Assembly (NCBI RefSeq): GCF_004010195.1
Contig: NW_025215254.1
Location: 1 to 41,814, forward strand
Length of the DNA stretch: 41,814 nucleotides
From: Chiloscyllium plagiosum
Lineage: Eukaryota
Direction: 5' to 3'
Shown: positions 11,110 through 23,966 of the stretch, in pieces
Layout: every line of letters starts with the position of its first letter
How positions within the stretch are numbered: the stretch's first letter is position 1
Notes under the pieces: generated by a model
Told to the model about the DNA's origin: nothing
Database searches by the model: none
What the model saw: only the letters and a program-made list of their open reading frames with translations
Position numbers and translations under genes: made by a program

Positions 11110-11460
11110 ATATCATCTTCTACCTTAGAAGCCAGCAAAAACACGGCATGAACATTGGATTCACTGATTTACAAATCTCCCCTGGCCAGCCCAGATCCCA
11201 GATCCAACCCCCGGACTCACATCTGCCATCCTGAGGAGACCTAATGTCCATCTTCCTTCCACCGCTCCGTTCCACACTCCTCACCTCCTACCTTCGCTTA
11301 CCTATCACTTACCTTTCCCCCAGTCTCATCCCATCACCCATTTTCTCTTAGCCCCCTTTCCCCTCGCCAATCCTGAAGAATGGTCCTGCCTGAAACGTCG
11401 ACACTCTTGCTCCTCGGATGTAGCCTGACTTACTGTGCCTTTTTCCACTGCCATGCTTTA
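11110..11460 (+). mobile_element. Old Penelope-like 3' fragment with degenerate hammerhead motif (11371-11402)
   Basis: GGCATGAACATTGGATTCAC resembles the GIY-YIG C-terminus at 23735-23760; CTGAAGA...GAAACGTCG core. Confidence 0.65.
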
Positions 11461-11921
11461 ACTACACTGAATTATTAAACAGCTGCAGTCCCCATTATCT
11501 CTTAGGTACAATTCCCTGTTAACATAACCATGTCGGTGTCTGTTGTAACCGCACGTCGTCTTAGGGATATTTTCTTCTCAGATCATGGACGATAAAAGTT
11601 CTCTCAACGTTTTACTGATATTGTAATGCCTGATCAGTAGTTAAAGAAGGTATGCTTCAATTTATAAACTGAGAAGCATGCTTATGTTCTGATAAGCCTC
11701 TGGCATTGATACCATATCCAAGGCAGATTGAATGCTTACACATGATTGCTCTACCAGCACTAACATTTGTTCCGTCTCTCACCCCCACATATCCCATCAA
11801 GAATGTGTAAATTTTAATCATGCTTTTATGAAAAAAATTAATAAAGAAGTATTAAATTGAAATGAGCGAACTGGAGATATTTGTTCAGCGACTGTGATTG
11901 ATTTCAGTCTCCGTGGATCCT

Positions 11922-13414
11922 GATTTGGAGATGCTGGTGTTTGACTGGGGTGTACAAAGTTAAAAATCACACAACAAAAGGTTATAGTCCAACATGTTTA
12001 ATTGGAAGGACACTAGCTTTCGGAGCGATGCTCCTTCATCAGATGATCGTGGAGGGCTCGATCCTAACACAGAATTTAGGACTAGCCACACTACCATACA
12101 TCAAGAACATCTCTGAAATGACAGCCAGACTACTGCGACCACTAGGACTTATAACAGCACACAAACCAACAGCCACTCTCAGACAACAACTCACCAAAAC
12201 GAAGGACCCATACCCAGTATGAGCAAAATTAACGTAGTGTACAAAATCCCATGCAAGGACTACACAAAACACTATATAGGACAAACAGGAAGACAGCTAA
12301 CGATCCGCACCAACGACCATCAACTAGCCACGAAACGACACGACCAGCTATCCCTAGTAGCCACACACGCAGACGACAAGCAACATGAATTTGACTGGGA
12401 CAACACTACCATTATAGAGCAAGCGAAACAAAGAACAGCCAGGGAATTCCTAGAAGCATGGCACTCATCCACAAACCCCATCAACAAACACATAGACCTG
12501 GACCCAATATACCGGCCACCACAGCGGACAGCTGAAACTGACANNNNNNNNNNNNNNNNNNNNNNNNNNNNNNNNNNNNNNNNNNNNNNNNNNNNNNNNN
12601 NNNNNNNNNNNNNNNNNNNNNNNNNNNNNNNNNNNNNNNNNNNNNNNNNNNNNNNNNNNNNNNNNNNNNNNNNNNNNNNNNNNNNNNNNNNNNNNNNNNN
12701 NNNNNNNNNNNNNNNNNNNNNNNNNNNNNNNNNNNNNNNNNNNNNNNNNNNNNNNNNNNNNNNNNNNNNNNNNNNNNNNNNNNNNNNNNNNNNNNNNNNN
12801 NNNNNNNNNNNNNNNNNNNNNNNNNNNNNNNNNNNNNNNNNNNNNNNNNNNNNNNNNNNNNNNNNNNNNNNNNNNNNNNNNNNNNNNNNNNNNNNNNNNN
12901 NNNNNNNNNNNNNNNNNNNNNNNNNNNNNNNNNNNNNNNNNNNNNNNNNNNNNNNNNNNNNNNNNNNNNNNNNNNNNNNNNNNNNNNNNNNNNNNNNNNN
13001 NNNNNNNNNNNNNNNNNNNNNNNNNNNNAACTCCGTTATCTCGCTTTTTAGATTAGAATCAATCTAAACATCGGGTCATAGACAGAGAACACAGGGGGTA
13101 ACACCTTCAACATATTGTCTAGCTATCACCATTGTTCACAGCTATATCCCGAGAATGCAACTTTTAAAAAAAGGTTTTGTGATTTACACATGAAAGAAGT
13201 GAAACTATCACTGTATTCTAACAGATGAAAGGCTTAACAGACAATCAATTTTTCAATGTATAATTTCAGTTACATCACACTGTAAAGTTTTGCTATAAAT
13301 TCTATGTTACGATCGAGCCATCCACTATCACCTAATGAGGGAGCATCACTCTGAAAGCTAGTGTGCTTCCAATTAAACTTGTTAGACTATAACCTGGTGT
13401 TGTGTGATTTTTAA
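11922..13414 (+). mobile_element. Penelope-like insertion with inverted terminal repeats, GIY-YIG fragment and 13-bp target-site duplication
   Basis: 11922-12077 is the reverse complement of the family A end; NVVYKIPCKDYTKHYIGQTGRQL...AREFLEAWHS; TSD CTC(C/A)GTGGATCCT at 11909-11921 and 13415-13427; empty site in unit C near 31533-31550. Contains N-gap 12544-13028. Confidence 0.88.
12011..12050 (-). ncRNA. Minimal hammerhead ribozyme motif
   Basis: Minus strand reads CTGATGA-A-GGAGC-ATC-GCTCC-GAAA-GCTAG with a perfect stem II. Confidence 0.65.
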
Positions 13415-14539
13415 CTCAGTGGATCCTAAATGTGTCACTGGAGGGCTTTCCTCTTCTATTAATTAGGGAATCAGTTCAATGTGTTATCCCATAGTATCAG
13501 CGGGAGCATCACCGACAGCACTAACAGGGATCAGCAAATCTAGAGAGAGGGGAAGGAGAAATCTGAATCTGAGAACAGTAGACTGGAATGTTCCAACAAT
13601 GGATCAGAATCTGAGAACATTCGACGAGAATGTTCCAACAATGGACAGGAGTTTTTCTAGGGGTCTTTACTGGCTTTCTCAACCTTGGATCTCATTAGTT
13701 TTGCTGATCTAAGATGTATCGATGATTATTCAAGCTGGTTATTATCCCATCCTCGCTTATAGTTGCTGTTCCTGGAAAGTCATTCTATCTGTTCATAAAG
13801 CCAGGTTAGATTGAATTGATGCTCATATTATTTAAAATTTAAGAAGGTGGACGTCATTATTTGCAATTCCAATGAAATATTCCATTCCTCACAAATTAGA
13901 ACGTGCAAATTACTCATGATAAATTGCTCACCAATATGCGAGGAGGAACCAGACTGTTCTCAAACTCCATAATCTTTCTAGCCCTGCACAGATCTCCATT
14001 TCTATATCCTCCCCACTCACTAATCCCGTCCAATACCACCATCAGGATATCCCCGTCTCCTCCTCAGCCTCAGTGCATCTTCTGAATAAACCATCATTTG
14101 TGCCTTTGTTAAGTCTGGATACAACTTATCATGTCTCTTCTAACCACATGCCAGTTGCAGAATAATTGCTCTTGAGTATGTTGAACTTATTCATTGCACA
14201 GAACCTGTCAGACAGGCAGACACTGCATGATGCTTAAATCAATTACACATAATCTAGAGGAACAGAATACTAATCTGTTGATATATCATGAAGGAACTTT
14301 ATGTAATTGAAGTGAAACCATCATCATTTGTGAGAAAACAAAGGCCCATTTCAGTTCAAGATCAGCATAACATTCTGGCCTTGTCAGGACTGCACACATC
14401 CCATGAGGGAAGAACAAAAGTAAAGTTAGCTCCCTTCCTCTGCCTGTTTTCCTTATTCCTACACTTCATTTCCATTCAGGTAATTGACCATTCCCTATTT
14501 CAAGTGCAATCTTTCTGACTGAGTGTCTCCCCAAGAGTG

Positions 14540-14595
14540 ATGTTCAGCTCCACAGGCACCTCTGGTGCTGGCTTTATTGATGCTGACATACAGAT
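14540..14595 (+). pseudogene. Unit B leader-like exon
   Basis: Ends in AGAT/GTAAGG donor; phase-1 frame reads SAPQAPLVLALLMLTYR; the nearest ATG (14540) is one base out of that frame. Confidence 0.5.
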
Positions 14596-16515
14596 GTAAG
14601 GAACTTTTAAATTCCACATCAATGGCAGTGCATAGAGAAGGAATGGAGTTATATATCATAATAAAGATACGGCGACCGTTAAGTGAGGGAAAGGAATTAT
14701 TGTGATCATCACTGAGAGTGTATTTGAGGCAGTATTGGGGTATTATGGACAGATTTTTTTTCTCCGTTAAATCAAATGATCTCATTTCAATAGAGACAGT
14801 GTAAAGGAATTTCACCAGACTAATCCCTGGGCTGATGGTAAAAGAGGAGTGAGTGAAGGTTAATCTGTAGCACTGTCAGAGACTAAGAGGTAATTGCATT
14901 TAAACTTGATGGTGCTGGACAATCACTCGTTATGCTCTACACAGACACTGAGAAGATGATAAATTCCATGGCTTGAACTTTAAATTTTACTCGGGATGCA
15001 TGATTCTGGGTATTTATGTGTCTCGAGGAAAAAATCTTCAGTCAAATCCTGCCTTGATATCAGGGTTAATCTCTCTTACCTAAGCAGGTCAGTTAAGCAC
15101 TTTTGTTAATGTTAATACGTGATGGTGTCTGTGTGGAGAGTGTTTTCTTCTCATAGAGGGTAGTGAATGTCAGGCATTCTCACGTCTGGAAAGTTAGGGG
15201 AGCGGGATCACTGCAAGTATTTAAAGAGGAGGTAGACGGATTTTCGACCTGTCAGAGAGCTGAGAGTTGTGAAGAATTGGGCATTAAAGAGGAGTTAATG
15301 CCAACAGTAGGTCAGCCATGATCGCATACAATGGTGTGAGCATCCGAATTACCTACTCCTGTTTCTTATGTTCTTATGTTCTGTCTTTGGAAAGTGAATG
15401 GTTGTAATTTTCCTCGAAGTGCATTTATTGAATGTAGAGGACACTGAGAGAAAAGTAGTTTCTGAGCCATCTCCGGGAAAGATATGGGCCCGATATTCAC
15501 AGTGACTGAGGGTCTACAACATGACCAACAAATGAAACTCCAGTTGCAGAGAGGAGAAGATCTGTAAAGAGGTGGGAGGCTTCTTTCGTACCCAACCTGG
15601 ATTTCCCTTCACATTTTCCAACTCACACCAAACCACACAGTGTTGAGGGACTGAATGACATCCTGTGTTACTGAAGGCCAGGTATTTGGAGCAAGTGGTC
15701 TCTATCTGCTCCTATACAAGTTGTTTTAAGGACTGAATGAAACATAGGAACATAGGACTGAGGAGCAGGAGTGGGTCATTAGACACCTTGACATTGTTCG
15801 ACCAGACAGTAAGATCATGGATGATCTGAGTGTGGTCTCCGCAGCACGATTCTGTTTATACACAATTTTCCTCCATTCACATGTCTGTCAAATGTTGAAC
15901 AAACTCAACTTTCAATAAATGCAAACCACCCAGGCACAATACTGGGAAACTGCACAAAGTCAAATACGCAAGCAGCACAATTCTGGAAGGCAACATGCAT
16001 TTATCTATCAGTCTAGCTCCCATTCAATCAATTCTGCTGCAGTTTATCATTTTTGATTTGTTCATGGAACGTGAGTGTTGTTGATAGGCCAACAGTTATG
16101 GACCATGTCTAATTACTCTGGAAGTAGTGGTGTTGAGCTGCCATCTTGGGAATAAACTTCTGGGGAAGAGAATTCCCATTTGAACAGCCCGTCAGAATTT
16201 CTCGTTCCTGCTCCAACCAATGTTGGAGGGTCAATGTTTACTTTTCCAGCCTCACTTCTCCATTGGTTACAACAAATTTGAAATGTTACTTAGGTCAGTT
16301 TCTCGAAAAATGTGAGACACAGAGTCACACACGTACAGACACATACACCAACGCACATGTCTTAAGACGATAAACAACAAAGGAAAATTTCCAGAGTTTC
16401 ATCGTCGTTCAACTCATAACAATATGAAATGTGATCATGTGTCCCAACTGTTATTTTGTCTCCGAGGTTATACTACTCAATTACGCTTCTGGTGTGAGAT
16501 TTCTTCCTGGAACAG

Positions 16516-16592
16516 TTGGTTTGGCAGAATTTCCTTTCCTTCAAGCAGTGGACCGATTCCCATGAATCCTCAACAGGAATCCTCAACGTTTG
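16516..16592 (+). pseudogene. Unit B 'SGSG' exon homologue
   Basis: TTCTTCCTGGAACAG acceptor, G/GTAAAG donor, 77 nt; ...FGRISFPSSSGPIPMNPQQESSTF. Confidence 0.55.
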
Positions 16593-16685
16593 GTAAAGAT
16601 TACTCAGGGAATTTTTACTCTCACATTTTGCTGTCAGGAGTGACAAAGTAAGAAAGAGGGGAGCAATAGACTGTGGTTTACGCCC

Positions 16686-18590
16686 ATAAGATCATCGGAT
16701 ATAGGAACAGAAATTAGGACATTCAGCCCATCGAATCTGATCCACCATTCAGTTATGGCTGACAGGTTTTTCAACCACATTCTCCTACTTTCTCCCTGTA
16801 AGCCTTGATCCCTTTGATACTCAAGATCTACCTATCTCTTAAATATACTCAATGACCTGACCTCCACTGCCTTCTGTGAAAATGACTTCCATAGATTCTC
16901 CACTCTCTGGCTGAAGACGNNNNNNNNNNNNNNNNNNNNNNNNNNNNGATGCAGCCTGAACTGCTGTGCTCTTCCAGCACCACTAATCCAGAATCTGGTT
17001 TCCAGCATCTGCAGTCATTGTTTTTACCTAGAGTCTCCTACCAATGGAAATCTCAACATCCACACTGTCCCGGCCATTCAGTGTTCTGTATGTTTCAATT
17101 AAATGCCACCCACCCCCCACCCAATCCCTCTGAACTCCATCAAGAACAGACTCAGAGTCCACAAACGTTCTCATATGTTAAACTTTTCATTCCTGGGACC
17201 ATTCTCGTGAACATCCTGTGAACCCATTCCAAGGACAGCACATCCTTCCAGAGATATAGGGCTCAAAACAGCGCACAATACTCCAAATGTGGTCTGACCA
17301 GTGCCTTATAGAGCCTCAGAAGTACGTCCCTGCTTTTACATTCAAATCTTTTCAAAATAAATGCCATCACTGCATTTTCCTTCCTAACTACTGATTCAAC
17401 CTACAAGTTTACATTGAGAAAGCCCTGGAGTAAGACTCCCAAGACATCTGAATTTTCTCCCCATTTGGAAAGTAGCCCATGTTTGTAGTCTTCCTATCAA
17501 AGTACATGTTCCTACAATTTACAATTTATACTCTACCTACCACTTCTTTGCCAATTATACTAACCTGTCCAAATCCTTCATGAGCCTTTCTGCCTCTTCG
17601 TCGTCACCTGTCCCTATCTTTGTATCATCTTAAAACTTAGCCAGAATGCCTTCAGTTCCTTCATCTGGATCGTTAATGTATAAAGTAAAAAGTTATGGTC
17701 CCAGCACTGAGCCTTATGGAACACCACTTGTCACTGACTGCCATCCTAGGATGGACACTTTTATCGAAACTCTCTGCTTCCTTCCAGGCAGCCAAACCTC
17801 TGTCCATGCCAGTACCTCGCCTCTAATACCATGGGCCCTTGCCTTACTCAGAAGCCTCCTGTCGGCACATGTCAAAGACATTCTGGAAGTCCAGGTGGAT
17901 GACATCCATTAGCTGTCCTTTCTCGAAGCTGCTCTTTACGTCCTCAAGGTTTTCCAACAGACTTTTCAGGCATGACTTCCCCTTGATGAAACCATGCTAA
18001 CTTTGTAATACTTCACCATCCACATCCAAGTGTTCAGAAATCTCTTCCTTCACAATGGATTCCAGGATCTTACCCACAGCTAAGTTTAAATTAATCAGTC
18101 TATAATTTTGCGTCTTATGCCTTACTCCTTTTTTAAACAGGGGTATCACTTTAGCGATTTTCCAGTCCTCTGCGAATCTCCCTGAATCGATAGATTCCTG
18201 AAAGATCACCATTAACGCTTACACTGTCTCAGCAGCTATCTCCCATAGAACTCTGGAGTGTAGTCCATCTAGTCCAGGTGATTTACTTACCGTCAGGCCA
18301 TTCAGTTTTTCCAGCAGCTTATCCTTGGTGATGGCCACCTTACCCAGCTCTGTCCACTCATTCTTTTCAATTTTAATGCGTGAAGAATGACCCAACGTAA
18401 TTTTTCAGCTCCTCAGCCATTTCCTTATCTCTCCTGTGTCAATTTCTAGCAATCAAGTGCACATTTTTTGCCTCTCGTTAGCACTTCATATATCGAAATA
18501 AGCTCTTACAGTCTTTCTTTACATGACTAGCTTACTTCATATTTAATATTCTCACCACATTTTTTTGTTGCTCTCTGTTGGTCTTTGCAA
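16686..18590 (-). mobile_element. Decayed CR1-like LINE (3' end plus RT), with a small Penelope-type terminal fragment at ~16948-17030
   Basis: IFQESIDSGRFAEDWKIAKVIPLFKKG...NYRLI (17997-18212); HGIRGEVLAWTEVWL...WQSVTSGVP (17714-17905). Confidence 0.88.
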
Positions 18591-18591
18591 G

Positions 18592-19167
18592 TGCTACGAT
18601 ATGGCAGTGAACATGGCCGTTAATTAAACCAGAAAAGCTCACCTCACCTCATAATCTATTATAATATGAGTGACAGAGAACTCCCAAATTTTACTATTTA
18701 AAGAAAATAACGTCAATTTATTTTTTAACTCTAAAAGTGAACATTACACAACAACTATTCACAACTCTACACACCCCACGCACACAACTGCTTATTATCT
18801 GCCCCAACTCTATAACAATATGCTGTTTCAATAAGATACTTATGAAGATTACATCAACTTAATTACAAAAACTTACAGCTGCTGCCGTCCTCTGTGACGT
18901 CACTCTTCCGGTTGATGAATTCCCTGGGTCATCATATTTCTGTTTACTGTGAATATGTTTTATATGAAAAAAAATCTTTGATAGAGAGTATTTCCTAAAT
19001 TCTTGCAGAGCAAAACAGTTCTTCCCCAGGCTTCTTCCATTTCGATGGCATCTGCTCTCTCCCCAATTTTCAAAATATCTTCATTTTTATATCCCCAGCA
19101 TCAAATCGTCTCACTGGTTCGATGTTGGCAAAACAATAAATTCAAACTCAATTTGCTTTCAGTGACA
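18592..19167 (-). mobile_element. Solo-LTR-like element
   Basis: Minus-strand termini TGTCAC...GTAGCA (TG..CA), AATAAA ~125 nt before the 3' end, non-coding, 576 bp; no matching TSD (flanks GCAAG / GAGAG). Confidence 0.45.
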
Positions 19168-19410
19168 GAGAGAGTGAAGGAAAGAGAGTGTTGCATGAAA
19201 TAGTGAGAGTGGTGGAGCAAGAGCCTTGTTTGGGGCTAGGTGCTATAACATATACAGAGTGTGAGGAAGTAGAGAGAATACGGAGGCACTTATCCTGGCA
19301 GTGCGGGGAAGGTTATTGATTCTTTTCCTGTATTGATGGGTCATCTGAGCGTCGGGGTATGCCTCCCCAATGTCTTGTCCACGTCTAAACTAATAACACC
19401 ACAGAACACA
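19168..19410 (-). pseudogene. Inverted GPCR-like fragment (TM5 end, ICL3, TM6, ECL3, TM7 start)
   Basis: One frame with two stops: CVLWCY*FRRGQDIGEAYPDAQMTHQYRKRINNLPRTARISASVFSLLPHTLYML*HLAPNKALAPPLSLFHATLSFLHSL. Confidence 0.42.
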
Positions 19411-21350
19411 TCCCTCAACTTCAGAATCAGTTTGCGTGGATCTTGCAAACAAGGAGGAATAAACATTGGTGCCTTACATATCTAAACCAAAACTGCTGTG
19501 CAAATTTTGTGCATCCTGTGCTCTGGAAATTAGATATGCAAATATTGTGGTGCTGCAGTAATCCTTGATGATCTAAAATTGCATCGAAACTGCGTTAACG
19601 AAATGATTGCTAATGCTATTAAAAATAAATTCCATAAGTGTATATGAGATAGGTTGAAGAGTATGTTGTGAACCAAACTAGAGAGCAGGTTATTTCGGAT
19701 TTGGCGTTGTGCGGTAGAAGGACTAATTACTAACCTTCCTCTGAAGCAGCTTTTGAGGATTAGTGACATTAATATGTTGTATTTTACACGGCGCCTGCAT
19801 ACAATATACAATTCTGGAACTTTACCTTCAAATATCATTGAAGCCCGGAGGCTAGAGAGTCAAGTGATTTGGACAAATACAATATGACATTTAGTGTGAG
19901 ACAAACAATGATTGTTATTGATCAAAATACTGTAAAGTCTGAAAAATCTGTACATATCACTAAGTTACAGACAGCAAAGAAAGGGAAGGTGACTCAATGA
20001 CGGTTAACATAAGAAATTAAAGATTGCATTAAATCAAAGGAAGCAGCTTCAGAAGAATTCCAGATATTGTGGAAACCTGAACATTCTGAGAGATTTACTT
20101 TTCCGAAAATAAGGCCGAAGAAAGTGTGAAGGAAATCAAAAAGAACATGAATACAAACAAACAGGAAACACACAGACTGGTCAAATCTACGATCCATACA
20201 CCAAAGAAAACAAAAGCAACGTTGGAAATTTTTAAGGTATAGGAGAAATTATTGTGTGGAACAAGGAAATGTCAGAGAAACTAACCAGCTACATCTGTCT
20301 TCATGGAGAAAGCTCCAGGAAATTCCGTGTAAACCATGTGATCACATGGGACTTGTGGAAATAAAGACAGACATAAAGTCAATTTGTATCAGCAACAAGG
20401 TAGTACTTGAAAGTGTAGCTAGATTGATCATCGCTAAGTCTAATGGGACAGATGTACTTCATATCAAAATGTCAGAAATAAAACAGCATATTAATTGAGC
20501 TGTCGGTAACTGTGTTTTGCCTTTCTGTAGATTCTGCAAAGTCCATTGTAGATGACTGGAAGGTAGTAAACATAATCAAACTATATACACAGACAAGAAG
20601 AGATAATGTGGAGGATGGCAGATCAATTATTTTGACATCTGTAGTGAAACAGTTGGAATCTATTATATAAGATGTGATATTGGGTATTTAGAAATGACCA
20701 GCAACATTGCAGAGAATCACTATACATTTCTGACAGAGAAATCATACCTGAGAATTGTATGATTCGGAATTGTTCGGAATTCGGAATTGTTTGAAGTTGT
20801 TTCTTGCAGTATAGACAATGGACAACCAGTGGAAGTGGTGTATTTGGATTTTCAGAAGTCTTTCTAGAAGAACTCACACAGTGAGTTCGTAAATGCAATT
20901 AACGTGAAAAGTATTTAGAAGAATACATGTAATTGGAAAGTTAAAGCTAGGTTGGCCTTCTTTTTAGGGAATCGGATAATAGATGAAAAGAAATCATGAA
21001 GCAATTGCATAGAGTGTTGGTGAGAGAGTACCTCGAGTATTGTGTACAGTCTAAGAAAGAATATACTGATCACAGAGGACGTGCAATGGACATTCTTCAG
21101 ACTAATCCCTCAGATAACAAGATTTTCCGATGGGAGACTTGTCTTGTGACCTCTCCAGTTTCAATGAACGGCAGGTGATTGCAGTGAAATTTAGAAAATC
21201 TATAAAACAAGTGACAAGGTGAAAATAAGCAGGATGTATCTCTGGCTGTCTACTCTACATTTAAGGCAAATAAGGGGAGGATAAGGGACAGGTCATTTAA
21301 GACCATAATAACGAGGAAATTCTTCACTCAGATGAGACTGACTAACATAG
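19411..21350 (+). mobile_element. Old, highly decayed CR1-like ORF2
   Basis: SESVCVDLANK, REQVISDLALC, VVYLDFQK, LHRVLVREYLEYCVQ remnants in endonuclease-to-RT order. Confidence 0.75.
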
Positions 21351-21399
21351 GGCCATGGAAGCCTGCTGGCAGGGCAAGATTAGGGAGAATCCCTAAATA

Positions 21400-22490
21400 T
21401 TCTACACGTATGCCAAATGGATTTGAACAACCAGATAACAGGTAGGATATATCAGTGACTTGCCAAGTTGCATCCAAACTCAACTTCATGGTAGACGGCT
21501 GTTTGTGTGACTGGAGGCCAATGTCCCCTGGTGTATCGCAGAGATCAGTGCTCTGTCCCTTATTATTTGTGGTATTCATAAGTGAAGTGAATGTGAAGTG
21601 GGTAGGGGGAGTGTGATAAGCAAGTTTGTGTTTGACACAAAGATTGGCCAGGTAGTTGGCAGTGAAGTGAGAGGTCTTATGTTACAGGAAGATACAGATG
21701 GATTGGTCAGATGGGCAGGTCACTGGCAGATGGAATGTAACCCTGATAAATATGAGGCTATGCGCTTTGGAAGAAGAAACCAGACAGGGGAGTACTCACT
21801 GAATGGCAGCACACTAAGAAACTCAGAGAGTGCTTCTCCACACATCCCTGAATGTGATTGGTTATGATCATTCATGACAGGACCGTAGGAATAGCATTTG
21901 TTCGTTGACCCAAACATTATAAGAGGCTTATGGCACTTTGGTAAGGCCAAAGTAAATACTGTGTGCAGTTCTGGCAGCCATCGTAAAGGAAGGATGTGAT
22001 TGTACCAGATGAGATGCAGACGAGATTCACTGAGATATTCCCTGGGATGGAATATATGAGCCGTGGAGAGGGGCTGGATAAGCTCGAGTTGTTTCCCTTG
22101 GAGCAGAGAAAGTTGAGTGGGTAAGTAATTCAGGTTTAAGATTACAAATGGCATGGACAGGGGGAATAGACAACAGCTGTTCTTTTTAGTCGCAGTGTCA
22201 GCTTCCTTCCAGTCAGAAACCAGGGAATGGAGAATGGAGAACAGAGAAACATGACACAACCACTTCACTTCCATCTTCACAAACAAAGACATAAACAAAG
22301 CTTTCCCAGCAATAGGAGAAAACCTGAGACTTAGCAGAAAAGAATATAGCATGAAATTAGTCAATAAACTAATTTGGAGAGATTATTGGAACTGAATATA
22401 ATGGGCTTCAAAAAACATCAACACACGTTGATGAAATGGGAAACATATTTGAGAAACTGACTGGCAGATTAATTACAGAAAAAGCAATAG
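21400..22490 (+). mobile_element. CR1-like RT fragments
   Basis: ISKFVFDTKIG...LQEDTDGLVRWAGHWQMECNPDKYEAMRFGR (21598-21867). Confidence 0.8.
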
Positions 22491-23300
22491 ACCATAGAAT
22501 ATAGAACAGTACAGCATAGAACAGGCCCTTCAGCCCATGATGTTGTGCCAACCATTGATCCACATGTAAGGTAAACTTAATGTACGAACCTCAAATTTCT
22601 GTGACCATATGCATGTCCAGCAGTCTCTTAAATATCCCTAATTACCTCACTTCTACAACTGCTGCTGGCAATGCATTCCATACTCTCACAACTCTCTGAG
22701 TACAGAACACACCTCTGACATCCCCTCCATACGTTCCACCAAACAGCTTAAAACTATGACAATTTCTGTGTTGACAATCTCTGCCCTGGGAAAAGGTCTA
22801 TGGCTATCAACTCTATCTATGCTTCTCATTACCTTGTACACCTCAATTAGGTCTTCTCCCTTCCTTCTTTTTTCCAATGAAAAAGGTCCGAGCTCAGTCA
22901 ACTTCTCTTCGTAAGATAAGACCTCCATTCCAGGCAGCACCCTGGTAAACATTTTCTGAACGCTCTCCAAAGCATCCTGGTAAACTTCCTCTGAACGCCC
23001 TTTCCTATAATAGGGTGACCAGAACTGGACACAGTATTCCAAGTGCGGTCTAACCAAAATGTTATACAGCTGCAACAAGACCTCATGGCTCTCAAACTCA
23101 ATCCCCCTGTTAATGAAAGCCAAAACACCATATGCTTTCTTAACAACCCTGTCCACTTGGGTGGCAATTTTAAGGGATCTATGTACCTGCACACCAAGAT
23201 CACGCTGTTGCTCCACACTGCCAAGAACATTTCTTTAATCCTGTACTGAAAATGTGTTGCTGGAAAAGCGCAGCAGGTCAGGCAGCATCCAGGGAACAGG

Positions 23301-23340
23301 AGAATCGACGTTTCGGGCATAAGCCCTTCTTCAGGAATGA
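23301..23340 (-). ncRNA. Minimal hammerhead ribozyme motif
   Basis: Minus strand reads CTGAAGA-A-GGGC-TTAT-GCCC-GAAACGTC with a palindromic ACGT stem III and GUC triplet. Confidence 0.7.
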
Positions 23341-23966
23341 GGAAAATTTGTCCAGCAGGCTAAGATAAAAGGTAAGGAGGAGGGACTTGGGGAGGGGCGT
23401 CGGAAATGTGATAGGTGGAAAGAGGTCAAAGTGAGGGTGATAGGTCAGACTGGGGTGGGGGCAGAGAGGTCAGGAAGAAGATTGCAGGTTAGGAAGGCGG
23501 TGCTGAATTCGATATAGGGGGAGACAGGCCGGCTACTTGCGGAGCGTTTCAGAGAACACCTCTGGGACACCCGGACCAACCAACCCAACCACCCTGTAGC
23601 TCAACATTTCAATTCCCCCTCCCACTCCACCAAGGATATGCAGGTCTTTGGACACCTCTATCGCCAGACCACAACAAAACGACGGTTGGAGGAAGAACGC
23701 CTCATCTTCCGGCTAGGAACCCTCCAACCACAAGGGATGAACTCGGATTTCACCAATTTCCTCATTTCCCCTCCCCCNNNNNNNNNNNNNNNNNNNNNNN
23801 NNNNNNNNNNNNNNNNNNNNNNNNNNNNNNNNNNNNNNNNNNNNNNNNNNNNNNNNNNNNNNNNNNNNNNNNNNNNNNNNNNNNNNNNNNNNNNNNNNNN
23901 NNNNNNNNNNNNNNNNNNNNNNNNNNNNNNNNNNNNNNNNNNNNNNNNNNNNTGGACAAACTTACC

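Larger units (their letters stand above)
11506..16675 (+). repeat. Paralogous unit B of local duplication
   Basis: Colinear with 31139-36000 once the Penelope insertion is removed (e.g. 13428-13900 versus 31548-32010, 14420-14620 versus 32660-32860). Confidence 0.9.

Noticed and set aside
12219..13067. Long ORFs running through N-gaps (also 23638-23976, 35948-36584, 35956-37413)
   Set aside because: Their length is inflated by X residues; the real portions are transposon fragments or a few codons.
15646..15690. CACAGTG heptamers (here and in many satellite units) as V(D)J recombination signals; leader exon as an Ig/TCR leader
   Set aside because: No ACAAAAACC-like nonamer at 12 or 23 nt spacing was seen, and no V-domain motifs (WYxQ, YYC) were found.
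21720..22364. 214-aa minus-strand ORF
   Set aside because: Antisense to CR1 RT fragments; no independent coding signal.
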